A stretch of 64,000 bases of DNA from Klebsormidium nitens. Taxonomy: Eukaryota > Plantae > Klebsormidiophyceae. Position numbers and translations under genes: made by a program. The first letter of the stretch is position 1. Every line of letters begins with the position of its first letter. Shown here one piece after another: positions 37,791 to 48,369 of the stretch. The notes beneath the pieces were generated by a model, which saw only the letters and a program-made list of their open reading frames with translations, was not told the origin of the DNA and ran no database searches. The stretch is taken from NCBI GenBank assembly GCA_000708835.1, contig DF237368.1, positions 16,749 through 80,748 on the forward strand, given 5' to 3'.

Positions 37791-38382
37791 TGTGATAGCG
37801 TATTTAAGAACGCTCAGCTGGATGGTTTTCCGCCAGGCCCAGGCCGACCGACCTGTGACCAGACAGTATGCAAAGCCTCTCTCCTGCAGGGATGTACCGA
37901 AGTTGGAAGGCAAAGGGGCCCAGTAAAAGCGAGCCAACTTAGGATGGAGGGCTTTGATCAACAGACAAAGAGCACCTCGTGAGGCCCAGCTAGGCCCTAC
38001 TAAAAAGTTTTCAGAGTTGAAATATCCTAGACTCAGAGTCACAGGACCTAGAGCTTGAAGTTGCAGGCTTTTGGCGATTGTCAGATCACCAATAACCGTC
38101 GATTGAAGCCTCCGGGCATGTAGGCCCTCCGATGAAGGGATCATCAACTTGGAAAAGAAGGCGGGAACTTCTCCACAGAATAAGAGCTGGCGACCAAATG
38201 CGATTAGCTGGTACCAAGATGGTCGCCATTCTGCAATCGTTCAGAGCAGAATCAGTGCTCGGCCCGGAAGCTGGTTGTTCTATTAAAGTTAAACTTCAAT
38301 GCAATGACAACAATCTGCATTCTTTGTCTCAAAATCTCAGCAAGCTGAGAAGGTCTTACGCCGTCTGGAGTTGGGTTGAGCA

Positions 38383-41300
38383 ATGGAGCCACACAGCAAC
38401 AGCTTCGATCGGCTAAGCGACGATCTCTTGGGGTGCATCTTTGAGAAACTCTTGTGGAATCCTAATGCATTTGGCGTGGTGAAGGGGCGCGAACGTGTGC
38501 GGTTGGAGTCTGTCTGCAAACGGTTTCAGGAGCTTGTCCACAGGTTTGGAAGTCTGGATTGGGAGTTCAAAGGGCCTCGGGATGAAGACGCCTTCTTGCG
38601 ATACATGTTCCGGCAGAGAACTTATGCAACTCCTTTGACAAGGGTGAATCTAGAAGTGCGCTCTTCAGTCAATGTCATAGCAATCCTGCAGTCGCTCACC
38701 TTCTCAACCCAGGGGTCCCTCCAGGAGCTGCACTTGTTCGTCGGCATTCTAAGCATAGTCAAATGGGAGTATGTGTTTCTGCTCCTTACAGAAGCGCAAC
38801 AGCTCCAAACCTTGGACCTTTTCCTGTGGGGAAGGGAGCAACTGTCGGTTCCTCTGCGCTTTCGTGTCCCCTGGGGCTCCAAACCCCTGCCGAAGCTGAG
38901 GGCGCTGACGCTGTATGGGTTTGCCATTCCTGGTTCCGATTGTGACCAGTTCCTGCAGTCCTTTCCGTCGTTGGAAACTCTGGAGCTCCATTCCTTTGAG
39001 GGGCAAACGTACAGCTTTGGGGTTGCGGAGCTGGACAAGGTGTTCCTGTGGGGCAATGAGAATGCTAGTTTTGATCTAAGAAACTCGGCAAGGGCTAGCG
39101 TGCCAAGGAGTCTTGAAAAGGTGGTTGCCTTGATGGAAAGTGGAAGCCTGGCAACTAGAGAAAAGGCCGTGTCTGCTCTGTTGTCCCTTTCAAACAATGC
39201 CTTGAGTAGGAAGGCAATAGCGGCTTTTCCTGGGAGCTTGCAGAGTTTGGTGGAGCTTATGGACTACGGCGGCGTGCCTGCCGCTCTTGCAACTCTACAA
39301 AAGCTAGCCGACGAGCCCCAAAACACGAGGATCATAGCACAACTTCCAGGCTGCCTGCAGAAGCTGCTGTCTTGCCTAGAACACTACCGTCCAGACCGGC
39401 ATGAGCCTGCTGCTGCGATGCTGGTCAAGTTTGCATTGGTTGCAGAAGTGGGTAAAATAATGGCTGGTGACTCCAAAGTGTTGGACCGACTGGTGAAGCT
39501 TCTAGACTGTGGTATGGGGAGGGCGCCTGTGCTAGCGGGGTGGGTGCTCCTGCAATTGGCAAGTGATGGGGACGTAAAGGCTAGTGCTGGTGAGCAGAGG
39601 TGCCTCCTAAGATTGGTCGCTCTCTTGGAGGACGCAGGCGTTAGCATCCGACTTGATGCTTTGCTGAGAGTTCTGTGCAATGACAGAGAGATTCGTAAGT
39701 CAGTGACGTCGACGCCTACTTTCTTCAACCAGTTGGTTGGCCTTCTGGCGAGCACGAGCGCGGAGTTGCAGACTGCTGCTGCGGAGGCCCTGCACAACAT
39801 GGCGAGGGATGATGCGGACCGGAAGGTGATAGTGGCCACTCCTCAGTGCCTAGAATCCCTGCTGAAGCTCGTTGGAGAAGGGGAGGACAACGCATCGGAG
39901 AGAGCAGCGAGGGCACTTTGGAGATTGGCGGGGGAAGCCACGGTGTGCAGTGCGGTCGCAGCAGACCCGGGGGCGCTCCAGACGTTGGTGAGCCGCTTGA
40001 GTGGTGAAAGCAAGCCAGTGCAGCATTCGGTTGTGGGGCTGTTGACGACTTTGGCGAGAGATCCCACAGCCAGGCAAGCTGTGGCAAGGGCGCCGGGGTG
40101 CTTGCTTGCGCTCGTCTCTTTGATGAAAGACAAGAGGGCTGACATTCGGAAAAACGTCTGTGGGATGCTATGGCAAATGGGGCTCCACTCCGCTACTCAA
40201 AATGAGGTCCTCAATGTGCCTGAGGTGGTGTCAAGGCTAGGGGAACTTATAGGTGAGGGAGTGTCACCAGGGGTGGTCGAGGCGGCAGCGGGGGCTTTGC
40301 AAAGCTTGGCAGGGAGGACGGTGATCAGGAAGGCCATTGCTAGCCTGCCGGGGTGCCTGCAGAGGCTCGTCAACCTGCTGGGAGTTGCGGGCCGCACAGC
40401 AAGACTCGCCGCTTACGTGTTTGTGCAACTCGTCGTGGACGCTGACATGCGCAAGGTGGTCATTGAGTTGCCGGAGGCTTTGGAGAAGCTTGTGGGGCTT
40501 CTGAGCGTCGGCGGGGCGAAGGGGGCACACGAGCCGGCGGCGCGGGCATTGCACAGCTTGGCAAGGACTCCTGAGTGTCGAGTTGCCATAGCTGCGGCGC
40601 CAGGCTGCCTGGGGAAGCTGGTTGGATTCCTTTCAAGCAGAGAGAAGCACGTTCAGCGTGAGGCAGAAAAGCTTTTGCAAAGCCTCTTGCTCGAGCCCGA
40701 GGTCAGACTGGCGGCAAGTAAAGTACCGGGAATGCGTGAACGGTTAGTGAGTCTTGTGGGGCGGGGATGGGGAAGCGCGCCGGAGGGGGCCGCGGGAGTT
40801 CTGTGGCAACTAGCGGCGCACGACGCTCAAGTTCGGACGAAAGCTGCGGCGGACGCAAAGGTGGTCGAAGATGTGGCAAGCCATCCGGAAGACGCGAGCG
40901 CAGGGTTGCAGAAGGTGAAGGGGGAGGGCGGAGACGACGGCGCAGTGATACGGAAGTTGACGGATGGAGAGGGTGGGGACCGGAGCGCAGCAATGCAGAG
41001 ATTGGCAGGGGGGGAGGGCGGGAGTGGCGCAGGTGCCAGAGAAGAGAAGGGCTTCTTGGAGGCGCTGACAACGTTTCTGCAGGCTGGCAGCAAAGATGTG
41101 CGAAAAAGCATTGCAAAGGCGCTCTGGGAGACAGGGAACCACGCCGCCGCCGTGCGTAAGGCCGCTCTTCAAGTGCCGAATCTGCTCCCAGCGCTGGTGG
41201 ACCTTCTCAGCGAGGGGAACGCGGTCCCGGTGAAAGAAGCCGCGGCGGGGGCTCTGCAGAGCATAGCGCAAGATGCGGAGGCACGCAGCGCTGTAGCGGG

Positions 41301-42785
41301 CACACCGGGGTGCCTGCAGCAGCTGGGTGAGTTGTTGGAGAGCAGCGAGGGGCGCGTGAGCGAGCTGGCGGCGTGTGCGGTCTCTCAGCTGGCGGCCGAT
41401 GAGAAATGGCGCAAGACGGTCGTGGAGTTGCCTGGGGCGGTGGAAAAGCTGGTGGACTTGTTAAATGCGGAGGTCCCCGCCGGGCCGCACAAACATGCGG
41501 CGAACGCGTTGCGCAGCTTGGTGTGGGACGGCGAGTGCCGACTCGTGCTAGCGGCCATGCCACAGTGCCTCGCAAAGTTGGTTAGTCTGCTCGGGGCCGA
41601 GAAGGAGCACGTGCAGAGTGAGGCGGCACAGGTGTTGTTCGGCTTGACGATCGTTCCAGAACCCCGGGCGGTTGTCTGGAAGTTGTCGGGCATTTTGGAG
41701 CGGCTCGTCAGCCTTCTCGGCAGCAGTAGCACCGCCGTCCAAGCATGGGCTGCCAGGGTACTGCAGAACCTGGCGCTCGACGACGAGTCCCGAAGGGAGA
41801 TTGCGAGGGCGCCTGGGTGCCTGGACAAGCTCTTTGCGCTCCTCGAGTCTAAGTGCCTCCGCGCAGCCAAACAGAGTGTGATGGCCCTTTGGAACTTGAT
41901 GGGGGACGATGAGGAGGAGGACGACGAGACCCGGGCCCTCGTCTTTGGAAAGCCAGGCCTCCTCGGGAAGGTGGTGGGCTTTCTGGATCCGGCTGTCGGT
42001 TTTGGCGCCCATGCCGCCGGCGGCTCTGCTGCTCGATTTCGTCCGGGGGCCCGGAAAACCGGAAAGCGTTGGTCGCTGTGCCGCGTTTCCTCGAGCATCT
42101 GGTGTGCCAGCTGGCGGGCGAGGACCCGGAGTACCCCACGTGGCTACTGATCGACCTTGCCGAAGACGCGGGGATCCGGGCAGAGATCGCCGTGCTGCCA
42201 GGGGCCCTGCAGAAGCTGGTGGAGCTTCTGACGCAGCCCTTCCTCCGGGAAGTGGCGCTGGAGGCCTTGAAGAAGTTTGCTGCTGACGCGGAGCTCGGGA
42301 AGGCGATTGCTGCGATGCCGGACTGTGTCCCAAGGCTGCAGACCTTAGCGGGTCTGCCGGAGACGGAGATTCACAAGGAGGAGGATCCCGGTCTCAGAAA
42401 AGGTGCTGCCAAAGTCCTCAAACTTCTGGGGGTGGAAGCGGTGGCGCCTTCGGGCGGGGCTGCGGCGGGGACGAAGGGAGCCGAGAGCGTCGAGGGTGCC
42501 AGTCCAAGTGCGGAGAGAGCCGGATGTGGGGAGGGAGAAGGAAGCGGGGCGAGAGAAGGGAATGGGGAAAAATCTGGAAGCGAGGAGAGAGCCGGAAGTG
42601 CTGAGAAGGCAGAAAGTGGAGCTGGAACTGCGGAGAAGGCCGGAAGCGCCGAAGAGGTTGGAAGCGCGGAGAGAGCGGGAGGTGCGGAGAGAGTCGGAAG
42701 TGCGGAGAAGGCTGAGAGCGGGGACGGAACGACACGAGCGGCGCCGGAATCCAGCAAGGAGGCGGAGCCGGAGCAACTTCATTGA
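38383..42785 (+). CDS. Intronless F-box-like / LRR-like / long ARM-repeat protein, copy 1 (frame break at about 41992-42056; possibly a pseudogene or C-terminally truncated)
   Basis: The 1255-aa ORF begins SFDRLSDDLLGCIFEKLL (F-box-like), continues with LQELHL/LQTLDL/LRALTLYGF/LETLELHSF (LRR-like), then about 20 ARM-like units (AA.AL..LA...R..IA..PG.L..LV.LL). A second ORF 42069-42785 continues the ARM pattern (TWLLIDLAED..IR..IA.LPGALQKLVELL) and ends in a G/E/A-rich tail. Confidence 0.8.
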
Positions 42786-43989
42786 GTGGCTTGGTGGACG
42801 GACGGGGGCTGCCAAAGTCGTGAGTCCGCGGTGAGTGTGGTTCTTTTCGAGTCGCTCAGGTGCTCTGTTTGCTTCCGAAGTCCCCCTTCAGGGAGTACAT
42901 CGCGAAGGTTAGTCGATTGCATAGCTTCGTTCCATCACATTTTCGAGGCTGCGCTGGTCAAGATACAGCCAAGAATGGCGAGGCTACTTCGTGAAGCAGG
43001 TGCACCCCTTGGCAAAATGAACAAACAGTGGAGAGGGCCAATCGTGCTATTCGACAAAGAGACGTCAACTTTCTGGAAAGCTTTTGCTTCAAAGAGTCCT
43101 CGACTTTTTGGGACTTTTCGTATTCCGGGATCTCTTGACTCTTTGAGTTTGCCAAACCCTGCTGCTCGGTTGCCTAACGAGCTCAGCTTTCTCAGGTTAA
43201 TAGTAGGCCTGAGGCACGGTTCGTGGTAGGCCGTTCCAGTGTCACTTTGATGAGGCGGCTGTGAGTGTCAATCTGCTTCGTGGATGATACCAGTTCGTCC
43301 CTGATTCTCTCCGATAAGCTTGGAAGGAAAGCTTTGATAGCAACTCTTTTCTATGGATTTTGAGGCAAAGACTTGTGACTTATACAATGGTGCCTTGATT
43401 GACGGCTGTCCTGACAGTGTCCGTTTCAAGTGCAGGCCATTCATTCCCCACCTGCGCTAAGCCCGTCGACGGGAGTGCCAAAACTTATAGCTGTCGCTTT
43501 GCCGAACCCTCAGCCCCCACGTTCGCTTGACCTACAACCTTTGACGGTGAGAAGCAGACATTGCGAAAGCCGAAAACGGGGCGTAATTTCTTTTTCGGCT
43601 CTGGCTCTTCGGATGCGGCGTCTTGATTTATTGAGGTGCTCCCAAACTTGACGTAGGGGAACGGTGAAAAACTTCGCTTGAAGGGTTTGTTTCAGCCTTC
43701 CTTTCAAATTAAAAATTATGTTCTTTCCGTCCAGCTGTCATGGCCGCGAACCCTTAAGGACCTCGGAACCGACTTTGTTGGGCTTGTGACACACAGTATT
43801 TACCCACTGCACATCCGGATTGAGGCCGAATCAGATTAGACCGCAAAGCTTTGTCTGTGCATGCCAAAGGCTGTTTTAAGGTAATATCTGGCGGATTTGC
43901 CAACGACAATATATGTCCAGCAATCACGGATCAAATACATTCGTGCGTCGCTGAGTCTCTTCCGTTCTTTCCAGGAAATCTGCTGTCCT

Positions 43990-46620
43990 GGTGTCTTGTA
44001 AGAGAAGCGACTGGACCGGATCTGGCCGGGGGAAACGGCGGGTGCGTGTGACGTGCGGCTGGCGCCAGCGGAACCTACGGGTAAGGAAGCCTCTGACTTG
44101 GAGAGAACTTAAGAGGTGTTCTCCTCGTTCCTTCGGTGCAGCTTCGTTTCGGTCCACGTTTTGGTGTTGTTGCTCCGTCCAGACAGCGGCAGGCGACATT
44201 CTTCGAAGTCGGTTTGCATATCCCCATTCTGACCGTTTTGACGTGCCTGAGCCTCAGCATGGTAGAAGCCCGTTTCGTTCGTCGCGTCGAACCGAGGAAT
44301 GCTGACCCGCTTTGAGAAGTTGGTTCGCATCTCTTACTAGGACCGGTTTGACTTGCCTAAATTGCAACCTGGGAGATTCTGACAAATCCGTATCGTCCAT
44401 TTTGAGGAATCCACAGACGCTGACCCGCCACATCCCTTTCCCCCAGGTCACTGCTGCAGCTTGCCCTCTACTCGCTTCCCCTTGCTGACGTCACTTGAGG
44501 CTCCACCAACGTCAGCCACCGGGTCTCCCGTACTGCGGCCTGCTCCGGCATGACGCCAAAAGCTCTTCTGGACGCGCGCATAATTGTGGAAGCCGTCTAA
44601 GCGACTCGGTCGAATCCGCTGGGGAGCACAAGGGGAGGATCTGAGGGGCCTGCCGGACTTAAGACCATGGTGAGTGATTGTCTTGCGTCGGCCAAAAGCT
44701 TTTGCGCTCTGTGCCTCTGAGCTCGAACGCTCCCATGTCCCTGATGCGGTGCCTCTGTCAGCTCCTGCGGTGTTCAAGAAACTCTCTATGTTTCGATAAA
44801 GCTGAACAAGAAGCCGAGCTCCTCCAATATGTGACCCTGTTTCAAAGTCTCACCTCGAACTGGCTCTCTGAGGGTGTTCCTGCTCCCAAGTTTAGGAATC
44901 AAGGTAAACAGGAACGTCTCTAAGAAAACGCTAGTGAAAACGAACGATAAATCTTGTTTCCGTACATGATCTTTCTGTGCATCTTCCCTCTAACTTCGAC
45001 GGATGACACGTGTTCCTTCCCTGCCAGATCACGGGTGTCTGTTTTCTCCCGGACCCAACATGAACGGTCACCTAGGCGGCGGCAGTCAACCCAACGGTAA
45101 CGCAGCACGGTCGTGCGGGGTGCCCTGCAGCCACACTTCGTCGGCCACGTGGCAGCGGAGCTGAGCCACCCATTGGTGTGGCGAGGTCCCGGGGCGACCA
45201 TTTGCCTGAAATACAGTGTAAGGAGTCGCCCTGTCCTGTAGTGGCGCAATTGTTGCCTCCTGCCTGTGAAGAGTTCAGTAGATCTTTTGCGTACCTCGGC
45301 CGCAGTTTCTAATCTCGACTGGTGCAGACTCGTCGGTAGGTGTCGCTTCGCGAAAAGCGTTGCGTGGACCATCCGACAGTCTCGTCGAAAGCGGGGGTCT
45401 ATGTAAGAGGGTACTTTCAAGGTCATGACGCGGAACGGAAAGCTTCTTATCATCTCCTGAGTCAGTTCAGTCGAGGCGGAGAAGGTGCAGAATAGAAAGT
45501 GCGACAGATTGCCGTCTGGTTGGAAAGACGAAGCAGGCTCCAACGTCACGTGTTGTCAGCAAGCATCCATTATCTCACTGCCGCCCCACCTCCTGAGCCG
45601 GCCGCCCATGCAAATTTGATTCTTTTGCAGGTCTCGGCTCCTCCGGGTTACACAGCTGAACCGCTTCGGGCCGGCTCGGCCGCGAAGCCGACTATGACGC
45701 TCACGGGGGATGGAGTCTTGAGAAGGTGCTTCCGCGGGCCGATGACGTCAGCCCGGTCACACCGGTGGCGGGGAAGGCGCACCCGGTGGCGGTTGTGACG
45801 TCAGGGACGGTGGTCGGAAGTCCTACGGTTAGGGAAGCAGGAGGTAAGGTTGCAGACCGCTTTTCAAGAAGCAGGGGGAGAGGAAGGTGGCTTTTTGCTC
45901 TCCTTTGATGCAGCTGTGTTCTGGCCCACCTTTAGTAGGAACCATTACTCCGTTAAAAAGCAACGGGCAACAGTCCCTTCGTTGTACCGGTTTGACCTGC
46001 CCGAACTCCAACTTCGAAAGTTCCGAGAAGTTCGTTCGTTCGTTGTATCCAACCAACGGTTGCATGACACATTCTTCAGAAGTCGCACCGCATTCTTCAG
46101 TTGGACGGTCGTGACTTGCCTTTATCCCAGTACGGGAGCCTCCGATAAGTCCCCATCGTTTCCCTGCTGGACCAGTGGATGCTCACCACCATAATTCTCC
46201 GCCCCAGGTCCCCGTTGCAGACTGCCCTCCGCGCGCGCTTCTCCTTGCCGACGTCACCCAGGTCTCCACTGACGTCAAGCAGCGGGTCTCTCGTACGCGG
46301 CTTCCTCCGGCGTGGTGCCAAACGTTCTTCTGGCGACCCAGCGCTTGGGCGCTGCGCAAACGATCAACGTCCCGGTTGTATCCGCTGGAGGAAGTCCCCG
46401 GGAGGACACTTGAGGGACCCGCCGAATTGAGCATCAGGGTGAGCCACTTTGACTTTATCGGTTAGTGTGTCTCTCGTCAACGCAAAATACGGCTTTGAAC
46501 TCCACTGCTTCGAACTCTATACATTTCGGCCATTTCCGAGTTGCTATTGCGTTGTCAATACTTTCTCCTCCATTCTCGATAGCTTAACAAGAAGCTGAAT
46601 GCACAAACCCTGGTGTAAGA
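43990..46620. repeat. Old degenerate direct duplication, period about 1.65-1.78 kb
   Basis: Collinear anchors: cctacgggtaaggaagc 44074 / cctacggttagggaagc 45822; accggtttgacttgcc 44342 / accggtttgacctgcc 45986; ccccaggtc...gcttccccttgctgacgtcac 44441 / ccccaggtc...gcttctccttgccgacgtcac 46202; gtgag 44670 / 46439; aacaagaagc 44805 / 46586. Confidence 0.75.
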
Positions 46621-48341
46621 GGCCGACGTCGAGTTGATTTCCTGGCCGTCTTCTTGCTCCTTTTTTGAGAAGTTGCAGCAGAGGCGTCGTCTCCGCTGTG
46701 CTCTAGTCCAAGTTGAGTGTCTTCGGCTTCGCCTGGCTTGTGGTACTACAATCCATCTGAAAAGGACATACTGGATGTGGTCTAACGTCAAAAAGGCGCA
46801 TCTTAAAACTAATTGTTGTTATTCTGCCCCGAGTATCTGTTCCGCTGCAGAAATCTGGTGGGTTCCCCCTGTGTTGTTGACGGGTCTCACACTCTGATTG
46901 CAGCGCAAGTACATACCAAGCTGCCCTCCAACCGGCCGAACACGTGTGACGTGTGCTTCCGATGACGTCAGCGGGTGCCCGAGAACTCTGACGTTACCGG
47001 AACCGAATAAGAGGCCGTCATCGCTGGCCGTTCCCAGAGGATGGGACTGGAGCGGTTTCCAAGGCTGTGGGCGACCGGCGGAGGTCAGCAAACTGACCAT
47101 ACTGGCGACGTGCCGCAAATTCTGAATTTCAGTAGGTGTGCAACTTCCGATGTCAGCAAGGTTTGCAACCTCCAGGAGAACTAGACAACGGGTTAAGCGT
47201 GTAACTGCTTGGTGTCATACTCTGGCGAGCTTGTGTACGTCATTCATTTTGCGGCAAGGTTTCTTTGGACGGCAGACCTCGACCAAGTTCGCGGACAAAC
47301 AAACACAGGCTTTGCGCTGATTCCCCGTCTTCCGTTGGCGCTCTCTTGGGGCAAAGGCTCTGCCTGCTCTTTCGTGTGCAACTTGAATATTTCGCACATT
47401 CCTTTCTGAGTCTCGCTCCGCTTTGCTCGTGATCGCTCGTTGTTTTCAACCTGCTAGCCATTCGGAGCTTGGACAGCACTAGCCGCCATGTTGTGTCCTT
47501 CATTCCAAAAGTGCGTGCATACGAGAGCGGGCTACCAACGTGCTCAATAACGCCCGTGAAGGGCGCGCGGAGAGCTGACGTCGCCGTTATGAGAAAAAGA
47601 CCTGAAACCAGAAAGGGAGCGCGCTTCCTTTCGTCAGATGTCTTAAGTGGTCATCGTCCTGCAGGGTGTGCTGGCGAAGATGGCCGGCTTTAAGGCCATC
47701 CTGCCGTAGGCCAGTGATGAGCCAACGGATTATGGAGTGTTGTCGAACGACGGCATCAATTGTGGTAAGTCTTGAGGCCACAATAATCTGAGCGGCGAAA
47801 ATCAATAGAGCTGATTGGGTGCTTTCTTCGATTTTACTGACGTTGAAATTGAGGGCTTGCTCCATCAGTTTGTCTTCTGTTCGGATCATTGTTTGGGTCA
47901 CTTTCTTGTTGGATTTTTGACAAGACGCAGGGGAGGGCAGACTCTGCAACGGGGTCGTTTTGAACATTCTTCTTAGAGCGCTTTAATAGTTCGCCCCTTT
48001 TGCGGCTTAAGGAATCTGAGAACGATGATAAGAATCAGATTGCGCTCTCCATATCGTCGTAATCGCTTTGGAACTGCTCGACACTTCTGGTTTTGGCTGC
48101 CAAGGTTGGTCGCGAATGTATTACTAGCGAAGCACAGTACCGTCCGGCTTATAACCAAATGTTAAAGGGAGGCCAGCACTTTAAGTAGTGATTTCTACCA
48201 CGGTATCTGACGCCCAGTATTTGAAACGTACGGTACATCAGAAAGTCTGCTGTCGAGCTGTCGTCTCTGCTGTACTCTTGTAAGAGGTGGGGACCGAACT
48301 TCAGCGTTTGGAAGCGTCAACACGTCCTTTCCTCGGTGTGT

Positions 48342-48369
48342 GAAGAAGAAGAAGAAGAAAAAGAAGAAG
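48342..48369 (+). repeat. (GAA)n microsatellite, one interruption
   Basis: gaagaagaagaagaagaaaaagaagaag read directly. Confidence 0.9.

Noticed and set aside
41999-42066. 68-nt GT-AG intron repairing the copy 1 frameshift
   Set aside because: It is formally frame-restoring but has no polypyrimidine tract, has a weak donor, would delete an ARM helix, and has no equivalent in copy 3 (best candidate only 37 nt).
38383-42785. ARABIDILLO ortholog
   Set aside because: The domain order is similar, but the protein is far longer, intronless, multi-copy and without recognisable ARABIDILLO-specific repeat sequences; no gene symbol assigned.
38622-42834. Long antisense and alternate-frame ORFs over the ARM gene
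   Set aside because: These are shadow ORFs caused by GC-rich codon usage of the sense gene.
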